A program made the position numbers and the translations under genes. A stretch of 64,000 nt of DNA from an archaeon GW2011_AR5 (GTDB lineage Archaea > Aenigmatarchaeota > Aenigmatarchaeia > GW2011-AR5), in NCBI GenBank assembly GCA_000806115.1, contig JWKQ01000002.1:52497-116496 (forward strand), written 5' to 3'. Shown in pieces: positions 17,533-26,685 of the stretch. Below the pieces are notes generated by a model that saw only the letters and a program-made list of their open reading frames with translations, was not told where the DNA came from and did no database searches. Every line of letters starts with the position of its first letter. Position 1 is the stretch's first letter.

Positions 17533-17907
17533 ATGGTTTGGAAAGGCGTGATTATCGAGGAGAGCCTTGAGGACGCCTCGCTGCTGGACAGCGTATCGTT
17601 GGTTGGCTATGCCGAAAGCTTTCTTGAAGAAGAGGAAGGGAAGGGCGTGATGCGTTTTCACCACTTCGAGCTTACGGACGAAAAGAAAGAATGGTTCGTC
17701 CGCGAAGCGGAGCGCTGCCTTAAGCACGGCTGGTATATTCACATAGGAAAAGACGACATACTGGTTGTCATATTCAAAGAAAGGTCTTTCAAATTTTCCT
17801 CTTCGGAAAAAGAGAAGCTGGAAGAAGCCAGGAAATACGGCATTTCTGTCGGTGTCATCAGAGAACAGATGCCGTTCGAAGAGCTGTTAAAAGATCCTTT
17901 CTACTAG
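17533..17907 (+). CDS. Conserved hypothetical protein
   Basis: WKGVIIEESLED...GWYIH...VIFKER..F...ARKYGISVG. Confidence 0.7.
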   Translation: MVWKGVIIEESLEDASLLDSVSLVGYAESFLEEEEGKGVMRFHHFELTDEKKEWFVREAERCLKHGWYIHIGKDDILVVIFKERSFKFSSSEKEKLEEARKYGISVGVIREQMPFEELLKDPFY

Positions 17908-18557
17908 ATCTTCTTGCTTTCCGACAGGAAGTTTATCATCTGCTTTATCAGGAAGTCCACTCCTCCTTTTTTCGGCGAGCCGTGTCCCGGCAGGAGATAT
18001 TCTATCTGGAGTTGTGAAAGCATTTTCAGGGAATTTACCAGCTGGTCCCTGTCGCCGCCGGGAAGGTCCGTCCTTCCCACTGCGTTCTCGAAAAGCGTGT
18101 CGCCCGATATGAGTATCTTTTTGCTCTTTTCGTAAAGGCATATCGATCCGGGAGTATGACCCGGCGTCGGCAGCACTTCGAACATGAAATTTGTCGTCTT
18201 GATGAGAGCGCCCGTCCTTAGAGTCTTGTTGACAGTCATTATCCTGGCTTTCTGCCCGAACAGTTCTGCAACGCTGCCGTTGCCTGTTTCAATGGACTTC
18301 TTGTCGGCGGAATGTGCGGCTATGGAAAGCTTGAGCCAGTCCTGGAATTTCTTGTTCCCGCCGATGTGGTCAAAGTGGCAGTGCGTGTTAACCAGAAGCC
18401 TGATATTGCCGGCATTGCACAGCTTTTCAATCTCCTTCTTCATGTCGCCGAAGTAATTTCCGGTTCCTGAATCAATAATAAGTTCGCCGTCAACGAGGTA
18501 AACGTTGCAGTCGGGGTCTATGCCCCCGAGGAGCTCTATTCCCTTGTAGATTTGCAT
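17904..18557 (-). CDS. MBL-fold hydrolase (glyoxalase II-like)
   Basis: THCHFDHIGG, TPGHTPGS, SGDTLF, PGHG. Confidence 0.92.
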   Translation of the reverse strand: MQIYKGIELLGGIDPDCNVYLVDGELIIDSGTGNYFGDMKKEIEKLCNAGNIRLLVNTHCHFDHIGGNKKFQDWLKLSIAAHSADKKSIETGNGSVAELFGQKARIMTVNKTLRTGALIKTTNFMFEVLPTPGHTPGSICLYEKSKKILISGDTLFENAVGRTDLPGGDRDQLVNSLKMLSQLQIEYLLPGHGSPKKGGVDFLIKQMINFLSESKKI

Positions 18558-18605
18558 AAGAGAAATATGTCCGAAGATTTTAAGAATGAAATGTAATGCG
18601 CCAAA

Positions 18606-19343
18606 TTACGGACTGTAATTTTTGCCGCCTATAATTCTAGCGCCGGGCGTGAGGTCGTTAACTACATAAGTCGCTTTGCTGAAATCGTGATGACGTGTGA
18701 ACCTGGACGGCACGGCGACAGACTGCATGCGCGCTCCGTGAAGCGATTCGATGCCGTGGTACGCATCCTCGAATCCTACGCACCTGTAAGGTTCTGCCCC
18801 GATGCGCCCCGCGGCAATCAAGTACGGGTCCGGATTCGGCTTTCCGCGCCCTTCAGGCACCATCTCTCCGGTCACGACGCAGTCAAAATATCTCAGCATG
18901 TCAAGGCCTTTTTCACCGGCTATTATTTCAACGTCTTCCGATCTTGCCGACGTGACAAGGGGGATTTTTTTGCCTATTGACGCAAGATATGAAATAAAGC
19001 CTCTGACGCCGGGCCTTTCAACGCGTCCCGCTTCGCCCCTGAAAAGTTCCCTGAAATTCCTCCTGTACTGTTCAATTAGGCGCAGGACATCGTGCTGCCC
19101 GTGCCCGTTTCTCTGCGCAATTATCACGGGAAGCGTCTCGGTGAGCTTGTGACCGACGCATTCTCTGCTCCAATAATTCGCCGAAACCCGATGCATCCCG
19201 GCATCATTCAGGACCCGGTTGAGAGCCCTGAGATGCAGACTCTCGTCGTCAAGGAGAAGCCCGTTCATGTCAAATGGAACCGCGTCGGATTCGTCAATTA
19301 AACTTTGCAGTCTCGCGTCATGAAAATATTTTTCTTTATTCAT
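18606..19343 (-). CDS. HAD-family phosphatase (beta-PGM/CbbY-like)
   Basis: FDMNGLL, VTS, KPNPDPY, FEDAYHG. Confidence 0.85.
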   Translation of the reverse strand: MNKEKYFHDARLQSLIDESDAVPFDMNGLLLDDESLHLRALNRVLNDAGMHRVSANYWSRECVGHKLTETLPVIIAQRNGHGQHDVLRLIEQYRRNFRELFRGEAGRVERPGVRGFISYLASIGKKIPLVTSARSEDVEIIAGEKGLDMLRYFDCVVTGEMVPEGRGKPNPDPYLIAAGRIGAEPYRCVGFEDAYHGIESLHGARMQSVAVPSRFTRHHDFSKATYVVNDLTPGARIIGGKNYSP

Positions 19344-20207
19344 CTAATCAACTCCGTGAATCGCAAGCGCTACGGCTCCCATAAGCGCAGAATCGTACCC
19401 TAGAGAGGCGATCTCTATACTCGGGAACGGCACTATCTTGAGGTTTCTCTTTGCCGCATCCGTTGCAGGTCCGAGCAGTTTCCGGCCCAGCCCGTAAGCG
19501 ACGCCGCCGCCGACAAATATTCCGTCGGGCGAATGAAGTGCTATTATATTTCTCAGCCCTTCCCCGAAGTTCGTGGCAATCTCGTTTATCGTTTCTTCGT
19601 CAGTTATATCCTCGGCGCGCCTGCCGTATATGGCGTGTATGGCGTTGCCGGAAATGAAGCTTTCCAGGCATCCTTTCGCGCCGCACTCGCAGAGATGTGA
19701 CGCCGTATCAAAAGTCTTGCTTGCCTTTTTCAGCGTAATGGAAAAGCTCTGGTGAGCCATCTCAGGGTGTCCCATGCCGCGGTAGATTTTCCCGTCGATC
19801 AGTTTTCCGGCGCCCATGCCTGTACTGAGCGTTATGTAGATGAAATTCCTGTATTTGTGCGCCCCGCCGAAAAAATACTCTCCTATGGCAGCCGCGTTCG
19901 TGTCGACATCCACGTAGAAAGGGCAGCCGAATTCTTTTTCAATTATTTCTTTGAGCGGGACGTTTCTCCATTGCGGCATGTGCAGCGGGGATACAACCCC
20001 GCTCCTGTAGTCAAGCGGCCCTCCGCACGCGCATCCTATGGCAGACGGCGACGATGAAACTTCCCTCACCATCCTGGTCAGCATCTCAATGCCGTCGTTC
20101 AGATTAATCGGCGTCTTCTCCATAACACGCCTTGTTATTTTTCCGTCTTTGAAGCACGCAACCATCGTCTTTGTGCCGCCGAGGTCTATGCCCACGAATT
20201 CTTCCAT
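19344..20207 (-). CDS. ROK-family sugar kinase
   Basis: GIDLGGTK, DTNAAAIGE, STGMGAG, CECGAKGCLE. Confidence 0.92.
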   Translation of the reverse strand: MEEFVGIDLGGTKTMVACFKDGKITRRVMEKTPINLNDGIEMLTRMVREVSSSPSAIGCACGGPLDYRSGVVSPLHMPQWRNVPLKEIIEKEFGCPFYVDVDTNAAAIGEYFFGGAHKYRNFIYITLSTGMGAGKLIDGKIYRGMGHPEMAHQSFSITLKKASKTFDTASHLCECGAKGCLESFISGNAIHAIYGRRAEDITDEETINEIATNFGEGLRNIIALHSPDGIFVGGGVAYGLGRKLLGPATDAAKRNLKIVPFPSIEIASLGYDSALMGAVALAIHGVD

Positions 20208-20211
20208 GTGA

Positions 20212-21039
20212 TTACCATTTCCATTCTTTCACGGCTTTCTCGTAACCCTTCGCCGTGCCGACGTCGTATGTCACTCCGTCGTGAAGATAGCCTACAAGCT
20301 GCTCTTCTCTGCTGAGCTTGGTGAAAAGTTCTTCAATCATCATCTTCCTTTTCGGAACCATGCTTGTCACGGTCTGGTCGAATATGCAGAGTCCCGCATT
20401 TATCAGCCTCGACGGCGCCTTTGAAAGGTTGGGTTTCTCAACGAACTTGAGTATCTGGTTGCCGCGCATTTTCACGACGCCGAAGCTTGACGGGTCGCCG
20501 ACTGTGGTTAACAGAACTGTCGCAAGCTTCTTCTGGCTCTTGTGAAATTCGTACATTTCCGGTATATTGGGATCCATGAGCGTGTCGACATTCAAGAACA
20601 GGAAGCTCTTGCTAAGGTGGTCTTTCGCGAGTCCTATCGCCCCGGCAGTTCCCATGGGCTTGTTTTCCACGACATAAGTTATGTCAACGCCGAATTTTCT
20701 TCCGTCGCCGAAGTGCTGCCGTATCTTCTCGTTCATGTAATCTACGGCAAGTATTATGTTCGTGACATCGTACCTCTTCAGGAGGTTGATCTGGTGTTCG
20801 AGTATCGGCTTTCCGCGTATCGGTATCAGGGACTTCGGTATCTCGTAAGTCACAGGCCTGAGGTGGGCGCCTTCGCCCCCGGCCATAACCAGCGCAGTGT
20901 CAAGTCCTGTCTTGGAAAGCGATCTTGCTATGAGCGTCTCGATTGCATGGGACCTGTTGCGGATTTCCCTGCCGTCCACAAGGCTGTCCACCCTCCGCAA
21001 TATGTCTTTCTTCACGGTTATTGTAACGCGTTCGATCAT
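20212..21039 (-). CDS. Ribbon-helix-helix + NDP-sugar pyrophosphorylase-like fusion
   Basis: N-terminal ERVTITV..DIL..VD...NRSHAI (NikR/CopG-like); then MAGGEGAHLRP..PK. Confidence 0.8.
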   Translation of the reverse strand: MIERVTITVKKDILRRVDSLVDGREIRNRSHAIETLIARSLSKTGLDTALVMAGGEGAHLRPVTYEIPKSLIPIRGKPILEHQINLLKRYDVTNIILAVDYMNEKIRQHFGDGRKFGVDITYVVENKPMGTAGAIGLAKDHLSKSFLFLNVDTLMDPNIPEMYEFHKSQKKLATVLLTTVGDPSSFGVVKMRGNQILKFVEKPNLSKAPSRLINAGLCIFDQTVTSMVPKRKMMIEELFTKLSREEQLVGYLHDGVTYDVGTAKGYEKAVKEWKW

Positions 21040-21176
21040 AGGTACTCATCGTCCTTTGAGTTCATAAGTTTTCGGCGATTTTTCATTTTGATTTTTGCAC
21101 CATTCGGCTTTTTAATTAATAGTATGAAGAAGTATGAAAACTTAGGTATTAAAGCACTGTAGTCCTAGTGATTTGC

Positions 21177-22208
21177 ATGATAATAAGAAGCAGGTGTCCC
21201 CTGAGGATATCGTTCGCCGGCGGCGGCACCGACATAGCGCCGTACTGCTACGAGAGAGGCGGCGCAGTTGTGGCCGCCACGATAAACAAGTATTCTTACG
21301 CAAGCCTGGAAACGCGCCAGGACAAGGAAATACACATAGAATCCGTGGACTTTCTCAAGAACCTGCAGTTCAGAAACATAAACGAGATAAATTACGACAA
21401 TGAGCTGGATGTCCTGAAAGCCGTGATTAAACACCTCAATACGTCCGGGCGGGGCGCGAATATATGGATGAGAAGCGATGTGCCGCCGCGTTCGGGACTG
21501 GGCGCGTCTGCGGCGGCTTTTGCGGCGATGATTGGGCTGTTCAATCACATGCGTGCCGAAAAGAGCATGACACAATACGAGATAGCCGAGCTCGCCTACA
21601 AGCTCGAGAGGGAGGAACTCAAGATTGGCGGCGGCTTCCAGGACCAGTACGCCACCGTATTCGGCGGCATAAATTTCATTGAATTTGGAAACGGCTGGGT
21701 CAGGGTAAACCCCCTTCGGATGAGGAAAGACCACGTGCTCGAGCTTGAGAAGCATCTGGTTCTCGTCTACACAAGGGACAGGCCAGTAGGCGGCGACATA
21801 ATTGAGGCGGAGAAGAAGGGTTACAGGGAAAACAAGTCCGTCTCCGACGCGCTGGACAAAACCAAGGAAATCACGCAGGAAGTCCGGTATGCGCTTGCAA
21901 GGGGGGATTTTCTGCGCTTTGGAGATTTGCTTCACGAGGCATGGGAGGCAAAGAAGAAACACTCTTCGCTGGTGGCGGACAAGTACATAAACGACATTTA
22001 TGATCTTGCAATCAAGAACGGCGCGTTGGGTGGAAAGATATCAGGAGCGGGAGCAGGCGGCTTCATGTTCTTCTATTGCGAGCCGAACAAGGAGCACCGT
22101 GTTATCAACGCGCTAAAGGCTGCGGGCATGACGCCGGTCTCGTTCACTTTTGATTTTGAAGGACTCCAGACATGGGAGCCGAACAATATTGTTAAGGGGG
22201 TTTTTTGA
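21177..22208 (+). CDS. hddA: D-glycero-D-manno-heptose-7-phosphate 1-kinase (GHMP)
   Basis: PLRISFAGGGTD, PPRSGLGAS, GGFQDQY, GGKISGAGAGGF. Confidence 0.88.
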   Translation: MIIRSRCPLRISFAGGGTDIAPYCYERGGAVVAATINKYSYASLETRQDKEIHIESVDFLKNLQFRNINEINYDNELDVLKAVIKHLNTSGRGANIWMRSDVPPRSGLGASAAAFAAMIGLFNHMRAEKSMTQYEIAELAYKLEREELKIGGGFQDQYATVFGGINFIEFGNGWVRVNPLRMRKDHVLELEKHLVLVYTRDRPVGGDIIEAEKKGYRENKSVSDALDKTKEITQEVRYALARGDFLRFGDLLHEAWEAKKKHSSLVADKYINDIYDLAIKNGALGGKISGAGAGGFMFFYCEPNKEHRVINALKAAGMTPVSFTFDFEGLQTWEPNNIVKGVF

Positions 22209-22816
22209 TGGACAAACAGAACGACGCCACTGGCGTCATGCACTATTTGAAAAAGACGATTGACGACCACAAAGAAATGGTTGAGAAGCTGGACCTGAAT
22301 AAAATAGAAGAAGTCGCGTCTGAGATAACCGGCTGTTACAAAAACGGCGGCAAGCTCATAATCTTCGGAAACGGCGGCTCCGCAGCTGACGCAATGGCTT
22401 TCGCCACGGAATTTGAGGGGCAGCTCTCGTCCAGGGATAAAGGACGCAAGCCGCTTCCGGCAATCACTCCTTACAACACTTCGGCGCTGACTGCAATGAG
22501 CAATGACTACGGGTACGAAACCAGCTTTGTCAGATTCGTCCAGGCTAATGCAAAACGCAGCGACGTCGTCATCGGAATAAGCACCAGCGGAAACTCAAAA
22601 AACGTCCTCTCCGCGATAAAATCTGCAAAAGAGTTGGGTGCAAAGACGGTCGGGATGACTGGCGGGAACGGGGGGGAGCTTGGGAGTATCTGCGATATTC
22701 ATTTCAACGTCCCGACACCAAGCTGTTCCATAGCTCAGGAAGGGCACCTGATAGCCTATCACAGAATATGCGCGCTTGTCATCAGGGATCTTTTCGGTTA
22801 CGATGCTCTCGTGTGA
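22205..22816 (+). CDS. gmhA: Sedoheptulose-7-phosphate isomerase
   Basis: FGNGGSAADA, NDYGYE, ISTSGNSKNV, QEGH. Confidence 0.92.
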   Translation: MMDKQNDATGVMHYLKKTIDDHKEMVEKLDLNKIEEVASEITGCYKNGGKLIIFGNGGSAADAMAFATEFEGQLSSRDKGRKPLPAITPYNTSALTAMSNDYGYETSFVRFVQANAKRSDVVIGISTSGNSKNVLSAIKSAKELGAKTVGMTGGNGGELGSICDIHFNVPTPSCSIAQEGHLIAYHRICALVIRDLFGYDALV

Positions 22817-22821
22817 TTTCA

Positions 22822-24096
22822 ATGAAACGTGCTGTCTTTCTGGATAGGGATGGGACTATAACAAATGATGACAATTACTTCTCAAGTTACGACCAAATCA
22901 GGTTTGTAGACGGCCTTGCAGAGTCTATACGAATTCTTAACGGGAACTTTCTTGTCATTTTAATCACGAACCAGCCTGTTGTGGCCCGCGGGCTTTGCAG
23001 CGAGGATGACGTAAAAGCCATGAATGACAGGATAATCGAGGAACTCGACAAGCAGGGCGCGCGAATAGACGGGGCTTATTTCTGCCCGCATCATCCCGAG
23101 CAGCACGACGATGTGCCGGAACACGCGAAGAAATACAGGGTGGAGTGCAGCTGCAGGAAGCCTGGCATCGCAATGATTGAGCAGGCTGCGAAGGATTTTG
23201 GCGTCGACGTCGGGAACAGCTTCTTTATTGGAGACTCGACAAGGGATGTGCAGGCGGCAAAAAATGCAGGCTGCACTTCGATACTTGTCATGACGGGCCT
23301 TGCAGGCAAGGACGGTAAATATGACGCCGTTCCTGATTATAAGTGTACGGATCTGCGCGAGGCCGCGTCACTGGTTAATGATTTTGCGAACTTAAAAGCT
23401 GTGATACTCGCCGGCGGAAAAGGGGAAAGGCTGAGGCCGCTCACGATTGAGACTCCGAAACCCATGCTTAAGATTGCCGGCAAGCCCATTCTGGAACATC
23501 AGATTGAAGCGTTGAAAAGATCGGGGGTGAACAAAATAGTCCTTTGCACGAGCTACCTGTCCGTCAAGATAAAGGATTATTTCGGGGACGGCTCAAGATT
23601 CGGTGTAAAGATAGAATATCCCGAGGAGCCGGAAGGATTAGGAAGCGGAGGGGCAGTCAAAAATTCTGGCGAATTCCTAAAAGATGCAAGCTACTTCATA
23701 ATAATAAACGGAGACTCCATGATAGACGAAAAGTTTGATTTAAGGCCGCTGATTAGGTGTCATATAAGAAAAAATGTGTTTGCCACGCTCTTTGTGAGGG
23801 AGAGCGACCACCCTATGGATAGCGACGTATTAAGGATGGATGAGAACGGAAAGATAACGGAGTTCATAGGACGCGGGCAGGTTGCGGAGAAACTTGCGAA
23901 CACCGGCATGACTGTGTGCTCACAGGAGTTGCTGCAATACATACCTGACGGAAATTGCAACATAGAAAAGGACGTGCTATTTAAGTTAATAGGCAAAAAA
24001 GATTTGTACGGATTCATGATGCCAAAAGAATGGTTCAAGAAAGGCGTGGATACGCCGGAACGCCTTGAATCCGTGAGAATGTATTTTGGTGATTGA
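22822..24096 (+). CDS. Heptose-1,7-bisphosphate phosphatase (GmhB) fused to nucleotidyltransferase (HddC-like)
   Basis: FLDRDGT, TNQ, CPHHP, CSCRKP, IGD; then ILAGGKGERLRPLT..PKPM. Confidence 0.88.
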   Translation: MKRAVFLDRDGTITNDDNYFSSYDQIRFVDGLAESIRILNGNFLVILITNQPVVARGLCSEDDVKAMNDRIIEELDKQGARIDGAYFCPHHPEQHDDVPEHAKKYRVECSCRKPGIAMIEQAAKDFGVDVGNSFFIGDSTRDVQAAKNAGCTSILVMTGLAGKDGKYDAVPDYKCTDLREAASLVNDFANLKAVILAGGKGERLRPLTIETPKPMLKIAGKPILEHQIEALKRSGVNKIVLCTSYLSVKIKDYFGDGSRFGVKIEYPEEPEGLGSGGAVKNSGEFLKDASYFIIINGDSMIDEKFDLRPLIRCHIRKNVFATLFVRESDHPMDSDVLRMDENGKITEFIGRGQVAEKLANTGMTVCSQELLQYIPDGNCNIEKDVLFKLIGKKDLYGFMMPKEWFKKGVDTPERLESVRMYFGD

Positions 24097-25014
24097 ATGA
24101 ATGTCCTTGTAACCGGCGGAGCCGGATTCATTGGAAGCAACCTAGTTGAACGCCTGGTTAAGGACGGGCATTCGGTGCGCGTGCTTGACGATTTCTCGCT
24201 GGGGAAGCCCGACAATCTGAAGTCTGTGAAGGTTGAGATTGTTAAAGGCGACCTAAGGGATTTTGACACTGTCAGGAACGCGTCGAAAGGCATTGATGTG
24301 ATATTCAACCAGGCTGCGGCCTCTGCATCGCCTATGTTCCGCGACCATCTTCACGAGTCCGTGGCCGCGAATGTTGACGGGTTTGTCAATCTTCTGAATG
24401 CTTGCAGGGTGAATGACGTAAAGAAGCTGGTATATGCGTCAACCTCGTCCGTTTACGGGAACAACAAGCCTCCGCTTCGCGAGGACATGAAGCTTGAGCC
24501 AGTGAACTTCTACGCATCCACCAAGCTGCTTAACGAACATCTGGCGATACTTTTCAGCGCGCAGTACGGTTTGGAAACCGTCGGATTTCGCTACATGAGC
24601 ATCTACGGTCCCCATGAGAAATCAAAGGGAATCTACGCGAACCTTGTTTCTCAGTTTCTCTGGGCCATGCAGAAAGGGGAGCAGCCTGTCATATACGGTG
24701 ATGGGACGCAGAAGCGCGAGTTCACCTACGTCGCCGACGTGGTGGAGGCAAACGTGTTGGCAATGAATAAGAAGAGATTGAGCGGTGAGGTGTTCAACGT
24801 CGGGACAGGAAAATCTGTATCGTTGAACGACGTCGTGGCGCTGCTCAACAAACTCCTGGACACGTCAATAAAGCCGAAGTACGTCAAGAACACAGTAAAG
24901 AACTATATCTTCACGCAGCTGTCTGACATTTCAAAGATAAGAAAAACGCTAGGATATGAGCCGAAATACACGCTGGAGAAGGGCTTGAAGGATATTCTCA
25001 GCAAAGAAGCCTGA
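24097..25014 (+). CDS. NAD-dependent sugar epimerase/dehydratase
   Basis: VTGGAGFIGS, YASTK. Confidence 0.9.
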   Translation: MNVLVTGGAGFIGSNLVERLVKDGHSVRVLDDFSLGKPDNLKSVKVEIVKGDLRDFDTVRNASKGIDVIFNQAAASASPMFRDHLHESVAANVDGFVNLLNACRVNDVKKLVYASTSSVYGNNKPPLREDMKLEPVNFYASTKLLNEHLAILFSAQYGLETVGFRYMSIYGPHEKSKGIYANLVSQFLWAMQKGEQPVIYGDGTQKREFTYVADVVEANVLAMNKKRLSGEVFNVGTGKSVSLNDVVALLNKLLDTSIKPKYVKNTVKNYIFTQLSDISKIRKTLGYEPKYTLEKGLKDILSKEA

Positions 25015-25020
25015 ACGTTT

Positions 25021-25090
25021 TGCAGAAAGAGCAAAGCTCTTGCTGCATGTGAACAGGCGAGAATAAATATCCGAAATCTTTGCCTGTTCA
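25021..25090. repeat. Double hairpin, family 2-related; possible terminator
   Basis: TGCAG-AAAGAGC-AAA-GCTCTT-G-CTGCA and TGAACAGGC/GCCTGTTCA. Confidence 0.55.
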
Positions 25091-25118
25091 GCTATAAATT
25101 CTTTTGATTCTTTTTCTT

Positions 25119-25526
25119 ATGATGAACGGTGATAAACTTGTTCGTACAGCAAGGTCTCATATAGGCAAAATAAGATACGCCAAATGCAAAGGCGCCCCAT
25201 ACAGGCAGGATCCGGAATCCGGCATGACATGCTACAATTTTCTGAGATTCGTGGCAAGTGAGGCGGGAATATTTATTCCTGAGCGCGTCGGAACAACATA
25301 TGTCGGGTGCTGGGAAATGTGGAATTTATTTCAGAAATCTGAACCTGTCAATGGTGTTGCAGTATTTTTTAACGGCAGGAGTAATGGCAAACCGGGACAT
25401 ATTGGAATTTACATTGGCGAAGGAACAGCTGTTCACCTTTCAAAGGAAAGAGGAACGGTAACAGAAGATCCTGTAAATGAAGTTGGGAATGTGATGGGTT
25501 ACAGGAGGATAGTTTGTGAACAATAA
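25119..25526 (+). CDS. NlpC/P60 (C40) cysteine peptidase, catalytic domain only
   Basis: ARSHIG..Y....GMTCYNF (catalytic Cys), VFF, GHIGIYIG..VH. Confidence 0.8.
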   Translation: MMNGDKLVRTARSHIGKIRYAKCKGAPYRQDPESGMTCYNFLRFVASEAGIFIPERVGTTYVGCWEMWNLFQKSEPVNGVAVFFNGRSNGKPGHIGIYIGEGTAVHLSKERGTVTEDPVNEVGNVMGYRRIVCEQ

Positions 25527-26685
25527 AGACTATAATGAAATGCTGGACTGGCTCTATAGCCTGAAAACAATAGGTATAATGCCGGGACTCGAGAAGATCA
25601 GTGAAGCTATGGAAAAGCTCGGCAATCCACAGGATAAGCTAAGGATCATACATGTCGCGGGGACAAACGGGAAGGGCTCGGTATGTGCAATGCTTGAATC
25701 TATTTTGCGCCATGCCGGATATAAAGTTGGAATGTTCACAAGTCCGCATCTGGTGGATTTTGAAGAGCGGTTCCAGGTGAACAGGGAAAAAATAAGCCGG
25801 GAGGATGCGTTTCGTCTCGTTTCCAGGGTAAGGGAGTCCGGGGTCAATCTCACTTTTTTTGAGCTCACGACGGCTGTTGCATTTCTCCACTTCCTTGAAA
25901 AGAAAGTTGATTATGTGGTTCTTGAGGTCGGAATGGGCGGCAGGCTTGACGCGACCAACATAGTAAAGCCTGTTGCAACCGTAATTACCAGCATCTCTTT
26001 CGACCACACAAACTGGCTCGGCGACACGCTCGACAAGATTGCATATGAAAAAGCCTGCATAGCCAAGCGCGGCGTACCTCTGTTTACTCCTGTAGTCAAT
26101 GATGTTATAAAATCCGTCTGCGAGGAAAGAGGCGCTGCAATGTTCATTGTAACCGGCGAGGAAGAAACGAATATGCGCGGCGTGTTCCAGAAGAAAAATG
26201 CTGCGGCAGCCGCCTCAGTGGCGAGGCACTTGAAAATACCGGAAAGTTCCATCAAGAAAGGCCTGTTCAGCGTTTACTGGCCTGCAAGGCTTGAATTCAT
26301 CGAGAACAACGTCCTGCTTGATTGCGGGCATAACACTGACGGAATTGTAAAAATAGCCGAGTTTGTGAAAACGCTCAAGTATGGAAGGCTGATAATCATT
26401 TTTGGCGTAATGAAAGACAAGGATTACGCGGGAATGATAAAAAACCTGCCGAATTACAGCAGGATAATACTTACGAAGCCTAAAATCGAGCGTTCTCTTG
26501 ATCCGAAAAGCATTGTCATCCCGAACAGCACTATAATAGAGGATGTGGGTGAGGCGTACAATTATGCAAAAAGCATAGCGGGAGAGAAGGATCTCATACT
26601 GATTTGCGGCTCGTGTTATCTCGCGGGCGAGTTTCTTGCACGGAAGAAGAATGTAGGGATTAATCCTATCATGTTCATCCAATGA
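25516..26685 (+). CDS. folC: Folylpolyglutamate synthase/dihydrofolate synthase
   Basis: HVAGTNGKGS, FTSPHL, EVGMGGRLDATN, DCGHN, CGSCYL. Confidence 0.95.
   Translation: MNNKDYNEMLDWLYSLKTIGIMPGLEKISEAMEKLGNPQDKLRIIHVAGTNGKGSVCAMLESILRHAGYKVGMFTSPHLVDFEERFQVNREKISREDAFRLVSRVRESGVNLTFFELTTAVAFLHFLEKKVDYVVLEVGMGGRLDATNIVKPVATVITSISFDHTNWLGDTLDKIAYEKACIAKRGVPLFTPVVNDVIKSVCEERGAAMFIVTGEEETNMRGVFQKKNAAAAASVARHLKIPESSIKKGLFSVYWPARLEFIENNVLLDCGHNTDGIVKIAEFVKTLKYGRLIIIFGVMKDKDYAGMIKNLPNYSRIILTKPKIERSLDPKSIVIPNSTIIEDVGEAYNYAKSIAGEKDLILICGSCYLAGEFLARKKNVGINPIMFIQ

Noticed and set aside
18606-19343. HAD motif I reading DxN rather than DxD as a novel activity
   Set aside because: The nucleophilic Asp and other motifs are intact; a single substitution is too weak to support a claim.
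21165-21962. 265-aa minus-strand ORF
   Set aside because: Antisense shadow of hddA.
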